Shown one piece after another: positions 14,597-23,110 of a stretch of 37,134 nt of DNA; the stretch's first letter is position 1, and the number at the start of each line of letters is the position of its first letter. Position numbers and translations under genes: made by a program. This stretch comes from a virus. Lineage: Duplodnaviria > Heunggongvirae > Uroviricota > Caudoviricetes. The stretch lies in IMG/VR virus record IMGVR_UViG_3300010429_001251. One strand, 5' to 3'. Under the pieces are notes generated by a model that saw nothing but the letters and a program-made list of their open reading frames with translations, had not been told where the DNA came from and searched no databases.

Positions 14597-15433
14597 ATGG
14601 CTTTAACTACTCTTTTATCAGCACTAGGTATAGACCTAAGCAATGCTTCTAAAGACTATAAAGATTATGCTATAAATAAAGAAGCGGTTAAATTAGGTCA
14701 AAAAGCTTTAAATACTATGCTATTCTGGTCTAAATCTCAAACTATAACTAGACCAACTAATACCACGGCATACGCAAATACGGGAGAGGTAGTTTGTGGT
14801 CCTACCTATTCGGTAGTAGGAAATACTACAAACGGTAGTCCTACTATTTCAGGAATAAGCGCTTCTGATATCGCCAAGTGCTACGTAGGTCAGACTATAT
14901 CCGGAACAGGTATACCAGCTAACTCCAGCGTCATAGCTGTGGGGGCTACTAGTATAACCATAAATAACAATGCCAGCGCTGATGGCACTGGAATCACTTT
15001 AACACTATCTTCTGAATTTTTTATAATAAATTTAGCAAATAATTTACTTCCTGGCGGTCAAGCCGCCGTAGCTGGTCAGTATTTTAGATTAACAGAGGCT
15101 TTCGTAAGTTGTTCAAATGGAGCAGCTACAACTAAATTAAACGCTACCGTACTATTATTTTCAGCGCCTCCGTATCCTACAACATATACAGATAACTCAG
15201 CGTTGGCGTTATCCCAGGCTGAACTTATGTCCAAATTATGCGGAGCTGCGGAGGCTGTAAACTCTGCTTTTCCTTGTGGCGGTACTTACGTATCAAGACA
15301 AATAAATTTAAATACTATTTGTCATCTAGCCTCAAATTCTACAAAAGTGTATGCTATAGTATTAACAACTAACGCTATGTCCCCTGCAAGTGCAGAAACT
15401 ATCATATTGAATATTAAAGGACAACTATTATAA
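14597..15433 (+). CDS. Putative virion structural/decoration protein (beta-rich)
   Basis: Head-module position; RPTNTTAYA motif and a fibre-type repeat GNTTNGSPTISG...VGQTISGTGIPANSSV. Confidence 0.6.
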   Translation: MALTTLLSALGIDLSNASKDYKDYAINKEAVKLGQKALNTMLFWSKSQTITRPTNTTAYANTGEVVCGPTYSVVGNTTNGSPTISGISASDIAKCYVGQTISGTGIPANSSVIAVGATSITINNNASADGTGITLTLSSEFFIINLANNLLPGGQAAVAGQYFRLTEAFVSCSNGAATTKLNATVLLFSAPPYPTTYTDNSALALSQAELMSKLCGAAEAVNSAFPCGGTYVSRQINLNTICHLASNSTKVYAIVLTTNAMSPASAETIILNIKGQLL

Positions 15434-15457
15434 TAAAGATAAGGAGTAATAAATAAT

Positions 15458-17038
15458 ATGTTTTTAAAGATACAAAAAGCCGATGAAAAGGAACATACTA
15501 TTTATTTAGTCGCTACCAATGAGACTAAAGATAAATCTAATGAAATAATGGATTATGAAGGTAGTAAGCCTTATTTTGAAGATTGGATGAATTATTTTGC
15601 GACTGTGACAGATGGAAAGAGTTACGGCAATGTACGGTTACAGCATGACTATACAAAACCAATTGGAAAAGTTATAGCCCCTTTAGAGTTTATAGATGAA
15701 TACAAAGAAATTAGAATGGTTGTTCAGGTTTTGGATAAAACTACTTGGGAGTGGATTGAGGAAGGTGTACTTACTGGCGCCAGTATTGGTGGAAAACTAA
15801 TTAAAAAATGGTATGATACCGCTTCTGGAGCCTTTAGGTATATTGTTAAACCTTCCGAGATATCTTTAGTAGATACTCCTTGTAACCCCTCATCTAATTT
15901 TTTAATGGTTAAAGCTGATGGAACTGAAGAATTTAAAATATTTAAAACTATTGAAAGGACAGAAATTATGAGTAAAAAAGACATCATCAAAAGTTCAATT
16001 CCTTCTGAAATACAGAAAGTATTCCAAGGAACAGACAGTGAGAAAAGAGAAAGATTGTATGGCGCTTTAAATGAAAAAATTAAAGTTCCTCTATCTCTAG
16101 CAAACTCCGACCAACAATGTTATTATTGGATTATAGCTGTTTATGCTGATAGGGTTATCATAGAAGGAAATCTCGATGGAGATGGAGATTATGACAACTA
16201 TAGCATAAACTATACTATCACAGACGAAGGCGTAGTGAGTCTTGTAGGAGATTTAACTCAAGTTAGACAAGAATGGGTGCCTACAGTAGATGAACTTCCT
16301 GCAGCAGGTCACGCAGAAGAGCCGTCAATAGGTAAATCTGAACAAGTTGACGCCGAAAATGTACAGAAAACAGAAGAAACCCCTGAAAAAACAGTGGAAA
16401 AAGCAGAAGAAGTAACAGAAAAAACAGATAAAGGCAGTGGAGGTACTATGCCAGAAGAAAAAACCGAAAAAACTGAGACTGCTGAGGTAGAAAAAACCGA
16501 AATAACCTCAGAAGCACCCGTAGAAAAAACAGAAACAGTTGAAAAGACTGAAGAACCCGCAGCAAAAACAGAGGAAACAGTTGAAAAGACTGAAGAATCT
16601 ACAAATCCTGTACAAAAAGTAGAGGAAAATGATGTACAGAAGAGTGTAAACAATGCTAAAGATGATTTAGTTAAAGCTTTCCACAATCTAACAGAAATGG
16701 GAGTACAATGTACTTGCGAAAAATGTTCTAAAGTGTATAATAAAGATATAAACAAGGCAGAAGATGTAGAGAAAGCCTCTAACAAATCCGAAGATTTAGT
16801 AACAAAAGTTGAAGCATTACAGAAGACGATTGACGATCTTAGCGTTCAAAAAACTGAATTAGAGGATAGAGTTAAAAAACTTGAAGAAGCTCCAGCTGAT
16901 TCAAATGTTCCTGCAAATTATGCCATAGAAAAGAATTTAGGAACAGGAAACCAAGTAGAGAAAGCTGAGACCTTAACCCCTGTCCAGAAAATTAATCAAA
17001 CTTGGCAAAATATCCAACAAAATCCAGTAGTAAAATAG
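15458..17038 (+). CDS. Prohead serine protease fused to scaffold
   Basis: HK97-type protease motifs VRLQHD, GVLTGASIGG, SEISLVDTPCNP; acidic EKT-rich linker; C-terminal coiled coil. Confidence 0.9.
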   Translation: MFLKIQKADEKEHTIYLVATNETKDKSNEIMDYEGSKPYFEDWMNYFATVTDGKSYGNVRLQHDYTKPIGKVIAPLEFIDEYKEIRMVVQVLDKTTWEWIEEGVLTGASIGGKLIKKWYDTASGAFRYIVKPSEISLVDTPCNPSSNFLMVKADGTEEFKIFKTIERTEIMSKKDIIKSSIPSEIQKVFQGTDSEKRERLYGALNEKIKVPLSLANSDQQCYYWIIAVYADRVIIEGNLDGDGDYDNYSINYTITDEGVVSLVGDLTQVRQEWVPTVDELPAAGHAEEPSIGKSEQVDAENVQKTEETPEKTVEKAEEVTEKTDKGSGGTMPEEKTEKTETAEVEKTEITSEAPVEKTETVEKTEEPAAKTEETVEKTEESTNPVQKVEENDVQKSVNNAKDDLVKAFHNLTEMGVQCTCEKCSKVYNKDINKAEDVEKASNKSEDLVTKVEALQKTIDDLSVQKTELEDRVKKLEEAPADSNVPANYAIEKNLGTGNQVEKAETLTPVQKINQTWQNIQQNPVVK

Positions 17039-17074
17039 TTAAGTAGTAATTAGATAATATGAAAGGAAAGAAAG

Positions 17075-18529
17075 ATGCCTCCTTATACACAAGATGTAAA
17101 TGAACTTGCAAAAAAACAGGCTGATATGATTAATGATATTCAGTCTAAAGGACCGGAAGTAGCAAAATCTATCGCTATAGCTAACAACATCGTTGGTTAT
17201 AACCTTAGCCCATTGGTAACTTGTTTAGAACCAATGTGGGAACAGTACAACCTCTTCCTTAAAAAGATTCCTAGAGTACCTGCAACTGGTGCTAAAGCGG
17301 AATGGTGGCAGATAGACTCCGTTACAAACGGTATGTCCTCAACCTATGAAGGTGGACGAGCCACTGAAAACATCACCGTAAGAAACAAAAAAGAAGCTGC
17401 TTACAAGTCAATCGGTGTATACGACTATGTAACATACGAAGCTCAGGCTCAAGGTAAAGACTTCATGGATCCTGAGGCCACTTCAATAATCAGAGCTTTA
17501 AGAAAACTTAGACAAAAAGAAGAATACAAAATTATCGGCGGAAACATAACAGCCCTTACAACCCCTGCAGCACCGTCAGTAGCAGTATCCGCAGGTGGAA
17601 GTATAACAGCCGGCGCATACGATATTAAAATATGCCCACTTACCGCAGAATGCTTACAAAGTTTAATTCTTAATAAAAACCAAGGCGCATTAGCTTTAGT
17701 TCCTTATTTAGATGCAGACAATAATGCAATATCTGGTAGATTCTGGGGCGCAGGCGTTCCTTCAGCTGAAGTTCAAGCTACAACTACCTCAGCAAATAAA
17801 ACAATCACAGTAACAATTACTCCTACAGCAAATGCTTTTGCATACGCTATATTCGCAAAAACCGGAGCAGATGCATACACCCTTCAAATGATTTCCACAT
17901 ACAGTGTGGCAGTATTAACAAACTACTACACAACCGGAAATGCTATACCATCTGTAGAAGGATCAAACGATACACTAAGCTTTGACGGATTACTTCCTCA
18001 AATATTAGCCGCTGGAAACGCTTTCGGAAAAGATAACGCATACGCTCAGTTTACAGCAGATGAAACCGGCGTTGTGCAAATAAACGATGCCCTTGCTGGT
18101 ATATTCGATGCTTATAGAATAGTTGCAACAAACATCTACGTATCAGGCGATTTGAGAAACGTTATCACAAAAGCTAACATCCAAAAAGGTGCTGTTTACA
18201 ACTTAGTAGATACCCCTGAACTGGATAAAATGACAGTCGGTAGAGTTGCTGGTAAATACTTACACCCATCACTCGGCGCTCCTATAGACATAGAAACACA
18301 CCCTTACTTGCCAAAAGGAACCTGCATGATAATGACAGAACAAGTTCCAATCCCTGAATTAGAAGGTACATTAATGGAAATGCACGTATGTCAAGATTAC
18401 TTCCAGAGAGCCGTACCAACTGAAAAAAGAAGAAAAGCGTTTGAAATTTTCGCTAACGAAGCGCTTGGAATGAGAACCCCTCAATACTGTGCTGTTATCA
18501 AAAACGTAAGACCTGGACTTGCAACATAA
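17075..18529 (+). CDS. Major capsid protein with inserted beta-sandwich domain
   Basis: Position after protease; HK97-fold-like segments (LRQKEEYKIIGGN, IDIETHPYLPKGT); Ala/Thr-rich insertion about aa 165-300. Confidence 0.88.
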   Translation: MPPYTQDVNELAKKQADMINDIQSKGPEVAKSIAIANNIVGYNLSPLVTCLEPMWEQYNLFLKKIPRVPATGAKAEWWQIDSVTNGMSSTYEGGRATENITVRNKKEAAYKSIGVYDYVTYEAQAQGKDFMDPEATSIIRALRKLRQKEEYKIIGGNITALTTPAAPSVAVSAGGSITAGAYDIKICPLTAECLQSLILNKNQGALALVPYLDADNNAISGRFWGAGVPSAEVQATTTSANKTITVTITPTANAFAYAIFAKTGADAYTLQMISTYSVAVLTNYYTTGNAIPSVEGSNDTLSFDGLLPQILAAGNAFGKDNAYAQFTADETGVVQINDALAGIFDAYRIVATNIYVSGDLRNVITKANIQKGAVYNLVDTPELDKMTVGRVAGKYLHPSLGAPIDIETHPYLPKGTCMIMTEQVPIPELEGTLMEMHVCQDYFQRAVPTEKRRKAFEIFANEALGMRTPQYCAVIKNVRPGLAT

Positions 18530-18536
18530 TAAAATG

Positions 18537-18561
18537 GGGTAGCGTTAACTCGCTACCCTTT
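18537..18561 (+). terminator. Terminator-like hairpin after the capsid gene
   Basis: GGGTAGCG-ttaact-CGCTACCC-TTT. Confidence 0.7.
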
Positions 18562-18727
18562 AATCATGTGGTAAAAATACCCCATGATTAAAGGGTTCCC
18601 AGCAAAAATCGTCATTAACGGGGGTAAAAATATTTTTAGGTAGTAAACCATATAAATATTTTTTTAAACCCCTTAAAAACGTTGCTGCGTGTAACAAACT
18701 TGTAACATATATAAGAGGACAACAAAA

Positions 18728-19693
18728 ATGAGTGAAAAAATAGCTTTATTGTTTTTATCTGGGCCGAGTATCATCAAATATCATGATATGATTCCGGATC
18801 TAATGGAAATTTATAAGGAAAAAAATGATAGTAACTTTGTTACTGCTTCCGTTAATCATTTTCCTTATAAATTCGTTCAAATATTTAACCCAAAACCAGC
18901 CAATAAATACAGATCTTCCATGCCTGTAGATTATTGGTTCTTTTCTGACGTTGATTTAGCTCAAACCGTTGTAGATAATTATAAAGGACAAAAACTTGTA
19001 GTAAATGAGCGCATAGGAGAAGATAAATTTGAACTATTAAAAGAAGCTAAAGTAAATATAGCTACAACATTTTCTCCTATATACAAGTTAGAAGAAGATA
19101 CGGGCGAGAAAGAATATTTGTATGGTATGTATTCAACTTCTTTAAGAGCTATTCATTATTTTATAAAGAGAGGATATTCAGTTGTAATATTCGGAATGGA
19201 TAATTCGATTGATAACCAAGATCAATGGATGCATTTTTATGACCAGCCTCATTCTTTTACAAAAACATTAGATCAAGTTATAGATATAAAAATTCAAATC
19301 CATGAACTTAAAAAATTGGGTAAAATATATAAAGTAGATGAAACTAACAACATAGATGTAGATACAATAGATTTAACTTCTTTGATTAAGAAGCAAATCA
19401 AAGTAATTAAAGCAGCGGAGTTAAGTGTTAACCAAGATGAAATAACTGTAACGCTGGATACCCCTCAACTCGTTGATGCCGCTGAAATTGTTGAAAAAAT
19501 AGAAGAAAAATTAGAACAGGTGATTCTTGAAGATATAAAAAATAAAATAATCACACTACAGGTTCCTCCACATATAAAAGATGGTACACTATTTGTTGCT
19601 AATGGTGCCTATGATATAATGAATGGAGTAGTGAACGTTTCAGAAAACCATAGTTACTCTTTATTAGAACAAGGATTTAAGTTATATGGCTAA
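18728..19693 (+). CDS. Sialyltransferase/Maf (DUF115)-like glycosyltransferase domain plus a small C-terminal domain
   Basis: LFLSGPSI, ASVNH, VDYWFFSDV, YSTSLRAIHYFIKRGYSVVIFGMD, HFYD: motif order of the GT29/GT42/MptE-like Rossmann fold. Confidence 0.6.
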   Translation: MSEKIALLFLSGPSIIKYHDMIPDLMEIYKEKNDSNFVTASVNHFPYKFVQIFNPKPANKYRSSMPVDYWFFSDVDLAQTVVDNYKGQKLVVNERIGEDKFELLKEAKVNIATTFSPIYKLEEDTGEKEYLYGMYSTSLRAIHYFIKRGYSVVIFGMDNSIDNQDQWMHFYDQPHSFTKTLDQVIDIKIQIHELKKLGKIYKVDETNNIDVDTIDLTSLIKKQIKVIKAAELSVNQDEITVTLDTPQLVDAAEIVEKIEEKLEQVILEDIKNKIITLQVPPHIKDGTLFVANGAYDIMNGVVNVSENHSYSLLEQGFKLYG

Positions 19694-20258
19694 TTTTATA
19701 GTTGCGGCTGATTTAAAAGATTTAGGGTATAAGGATTATCCACCTGATAGTGTTTTAACTTCTATGTGTGATAAGGTTACAGCCTTTATTAATAATTTTT
19801 GTAATCAACCTATCTTAAAAACATTAACAACCGAATTTATAGATGTTAGGTTTTCAGCACGTGATCTTAATAAATTATTTCCATCATATCTTCCTCTAAT
19901 TTCAGTTGAAAGTCTTAAAATGTGTCCATCACTGCAGACTACAATTGATGTGCCTCTTACGAGTTATCAAATAGATAATAGACTAGGCTGTGTATTATTA
20001 GATAAAGGTTACTACGGAAGAATTAGAATAAGTTATTACAGCGGTTATGAAACAGTTCCTAACGATATAAAACAAGCTGCTATAATTATAGCGTCAAATT
20101 TAATAAGTGATTATATTAAACGTGAAAACATAAATATGGATGATGTTGTCAAAGTAAAAGACGAAAATCAAGAATTACAGTTCTCACAAGATATTAAATC
20201 AACAGATATATCTAGTGCAGCCCGTAAATTGTTACTAAATTATAGAAAAATAAGATAA
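19686..20258 (+). CDS. Head-tail adaptor (gp6-like)
   Basis: ISYYSGYETVPNDIKQAAIIIA...ARKLLLNYRK. Confidence 0.85.
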   Translation: MANFIVAADLKDLGYKDYPPDSVLTSMCDKVTAFINNFCNQPILKTLTTEFIDVRFSARDLNKLFPSYLPLISVESLKMCPSLQTTIDVPLTSYQIDNRLGCVLLDKGYYGRIRISYYSGYETVPNDIKQAAIIIASNLISDYIKRENINMDDVVKVKDENQELQFSQDIKSTDISSAARKLLLNYRKIR

Positions 20259-20629
20259 TGGCTTTTTTCACCAATGCTTACATAAAATTAGAAAGAAAAG
20301 TTTCTTCGGGGTATTCGGATCTAGGAGAAACTAACAGCTCTTTTGGATTAGTTAAAGATAAAATACCAGTTCAGATTATTAAAAAAGAATTTGCAGATGA
20401 TAACTCTCAATTATACTATGTAGAAGCGGGGCAAGTTGCTCCTCCCCTATATATAGTTACCTGTAATTCTTATTTTGATTTTAGACGTGAAGATAAAATA
20501 ACAGTAACTTCTACCCCTACAAACTCGCTTGTTTCTGTTGGGGATACTTATACGGTAATAGAGATTCCATATAAAGGAAATTTATTAAAGCATGTAAAAA
20601 TGTTTGCTAAGTTTGGGGTGGAAGAGTGA
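20258..20629 (+). CDS. Putative head closure/stopper protein
   Basis: Synteny; RREDKI...DTYTVIE pattern. Confidence 0.65.
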   Translation: MAFFTNAYIKLERKVSSGYSDLGETNSSFGLVKDKIPVQIIKKEFADDNSQLYYVEAGQVAPPLYIVTCNSYFDFRREDKITVTSTPTNSLVSVGDTYTVIEIPYKGNLLKHVKMFAKFGVEE

Positions 20630-21138
20630 CTACATTAACAAACACTGAAACAATTAAATCTAAAGTAGCCTCCTTGGTTAACCCTAATAGATTTGTAGGG
20701 ATAGCTAATAACATATCTTCTATGATATACGATGAGTTAATGAAAGATATAGCTTTATTAGATGGACATACTTTAAAAGTATTAGCTGAAATGGGACACC
20801 CTTATGCTACAGGTGAGTACTCTAATTTAGCTACAGGGCAGTTAATGAGAAAGGGTAGACTTACTCAGCAACCCTTACCCCACGTAGAACCTTTTATACA
20901 CAAGCAATCCGGTAATTTGGCCGATAATGTAGAAAGAGTTATTGATATTTCTAAATCAAGAATTGTTATGGGGGCTAAAGTAGATGAATCAAAAGTTCCC
21001 TATATTGCTTTTTTAGTTCATGGTACAACTAAGATGGTTCCCAGACCAGTTTTTATATATTGTTGGAGTCGTATAAAAGATAAAGTTTTAAAAAAATTAG
21101 AAGAAGAATTAAGAAACGCATTGAGAGTTACAAAATGA
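20626..21138 (+). CDS. Putative neck/tail completion protein (HK97 gp10-like)
   Basis: HKQSGNLADNV...PYIAFLVHGTTKMVPRP. Confidence 0.75.
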   Translation: MTTLTNTETIKSKVASLVNPNRFVGIANNISSMIYDELMKDIALLDGHTLKVLAEMGHPYATGEYSNLATGQLMRKGRLTQQPLPHVEPFIHKQSGNLADNVERVIDISKSRIVMGAKVDESKVPYIAFLVHGTTKMVPRPVFIYCWSRIKDKVLKKLEEELRNALRVTK

Positions 21139-21542
21139 TTTATTCAGATATAGAAGTTGAAATAAGAAAGAAATTAATCTCGGATTCTACTTTACAGTCT
21201 ATTCTAGGGGTTACAAATGAAGAAATAAAAGGTAGAATAAGAGTAGGGCATGTTAGTAATATAGACAACCCTGAATATCCTTGTATCACTTTTAAGTTAT
21301 CTTTAGCTAGTTTAGAAAAAAATGAATTTTCAGTCTCAGGAAAATTTCACATAAATGTCTGGACTAGGGATAGTATGGAAAAAGCGCAATTAATTTATGA
21401 AAGGATTAGGCAATTAATCAACCTAACCCAAGTAGATAAAGTAGCGTACCAGAGAGAAGGAAATTACGAAGAGTTATACGAGAAGGATACGAGAACGTTT
21501 CATATTTCAACATGGTATGTAGTCCAAGCAATAAATAGATAA
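21135..21542 (+). CDS. Tail terminator (DUF3168-like)
   Basis: Synteny; YPCITF...FHINVWT. Confidence 0.75.
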   Translation: MIYSDIEVEIRKKLISDSTLQSILGVTNEEIKGRIRVGHVSNIDNPEYPCITFKLSLASLEKNEFSVSGKFHINVWTRDSMEKAQLIYERIRQLINLTQVDKVAYQREGNYEELYEKDTRTFHISTWYVVQAINR

Positions 21543-21563
21543 TAAAGCAAAGGAGATTTAAAA

Positions 21564-22301
21564 ATGGCGGAATTATTTTCGATAGCAAAGGCTATAATTA
21601 AGCCGGCGAACTCAACAACTCCTATTGAATTGGGAGTATTACAGGAAGTCAGCATTGACTTTAACGTAGAAAAGAAAGAACTTTTAGGACAAAACAGATT
21701 CGCTCTTTTAACAGTTCAAGCTGGTGGATCTGTATCAGGTAAATGTAGCTATGCAAGATTCAACGCTGAATCTTTCGCAGCCTTACTCGGAGCTACAAAA
21801 GCTACCGGAACAAAGCTAGTTGGCGGTGGATCTGCTCAGGTAATTCCTACAACACCGTATCAGCTAACAATTACTCCTCCAAGTAGCGGCACGTTCAGTG
21901 TAGACTTAGGCGTTACTTTAGTAGGATCAAGTGAACTTTATAATGCTCCTATGACAAGAGTAACAGGAACTCCTACAACTGGACAATATTCAATGTCAAA
22001 CGGCGTTTACACATTTGCTGCCGCAGATGCTGGTAAATCAGTTATCATAGACTACGAATATACTTTAGCTACAGGAAACACAATAACCATTCCTAACCCT
22101 GTTATCGGATCAAGCTATCCGTTCCAGTTATGGGCAAAAACAGTTATTGAAAGTCAACAAACAATTATAAAATTCCCTAACGTTATCAGCGGTAAACTTT
22201 CACTTGCTTTAAAAAGAGGTGAGTTCGCTATGCCTGATTTTGACTTCGATATATTTGCAGATGGAGCAGGCAACATCGGTTATATGTACACCAGTTTCTA
22301 A
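21564..22301 (+). CDS. Major tail tube protein
   Basis: LGVLQEVSIDF...KKELLGQNRF; C-terminal FAMPDFDFDIFAD; inserted beta domain. Confidence 0.85.
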   Translation: MAELFSIAKAIIKPANSTTPIELGVLQEVSIDFNVEKKELLGQNRFALLTVQAGGSVSGKCSYARFNAESFAALLGATKATGTKLVGGGSAQVIPTTPYQLTITPPSSGTFSVDLGVTLVGSSELYNAPMTRVTGTPTTGQYSMSNGVYTFAAADAGKSVIIDYEYTLATGNTITIPNPVIGSSYPFQLWAKTVIESQQTIIKFPNVISGKLSLALKRGEFAMPDFDFDIFADGAGNIGYMYTSF

Positions 22302-22310
22302 TAATTAATT

Positions 22311-22401
22311 AAGTACGGGCTAGGATTCGTCCGAAAAGTGTGTGTCCTCTACACCTGCCCTTACTTATTTAGAGGACACGTATTAGTATAATAAGAGGAC
22401 A
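22311..22401 (+). promoter_or_regulatory. Structured RNA element with an anti-RBS loop upstream of the tail chaperone
   Basis: Stem AAGTA-c-GGGC-t-AGG / CCT-GCCC-t-TACTT; inner TGTCCTCT is complementary to AGAGGACA at 22371 and 22394. Confidence 0.65.
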
Positions 22402-22406
22402 AACAA

Positions 22407-22766
22407 ATGACAGAAGAAACAAAAGCTCCAGAAGTAGAACTTCAAGAAATCAATCATGAAGGAACTCCTATTAAAATAGGACAAAGAGAGTTCATACTTC
22501 CTCCCTTACCTGTAACTAAATTAGTTAAACTAGGATTTTACCAATTACAGAAATCTTTTTTACAAGCTCAGAAAAGTGAAGATGTAGAAACTATAGGTGA
22601 GCTTTCACTAAAACTTTTAGAATTAGTTTACCAAGCTCTACTAATGAATTATCCTAATCTTACAAGAGAAGAATCGGTAGAGTTACTACATACTAAAAAA
22701 CTTTACGAGCTTATTGCTTATCTAATTGATACAAAAGAAGGTTTAGAACAAGCAAAAAACGCCTAG
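22407..22766 (+). CDS. Tail assembly chaperone (G-like)
   Basis: Between tube and TMP; ends GCA AAA AAC GCC TAG. Confidence 0.85.
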   Translation: MTEETKAPEVELQEINHEGTPIKIGQREFILPPLPVTKLVKLGFYQLQKSFLQAQKSEDVETIGELSLKLLELVYQALLMNYPNLTREESVELLHTKKLYELIAYLIDTKEGLEQAKNA

Positions 22767-23101
22767 GTGCTGCTGATGAAGACGATGATGATTTCTGTAT
22801 AGAGTATCTTTATCATCAATTAGCAGCAGAGTTTGGTTACGATAGAATTTATGTTGATAGATACATAAATGCTCCTTCATTACGGTCTTTAATGAGATAT
22901 AGACAAGATTGCCCTCCTGCAGGATTAGTAATAAAAATGATTTTTAGCGATAAAAAATCAAGTACAAGTACGGGAATAAGAAAACGAAAAGGACAGACTA
23001 AGACTACAGGAATGTTAGGTGATAACCTAAATGCTCAAAAAGTTGAAAACCAAGAAATGCAGAAAATGTTAGACATCATAGATCGTAAACCCGACTATTA
23101 A
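22407..23101 (+). CDS. Tail assembly chaperone G-T fusion via programmed -1 frameshift (about 231 aa)
   Basis: Slippery heptamer A AAA AAC at 22754-22760 in correct phase; -1 frame open from 22760 to TAA at 23101 (the 22892..23101 ORF is its tail). Confidence 0.85.
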
Positions 23102-23110
23102 GGAAATACA

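Noticed and set aside
5207-21138. Stop-codon reassignment (prompted by the tRNA)
   Set aside because: TGA, TAG and TAA all end genes at tight overlaps (ATGA, GTGA, TAATG); the tRNA is a standard Trp(CCA)
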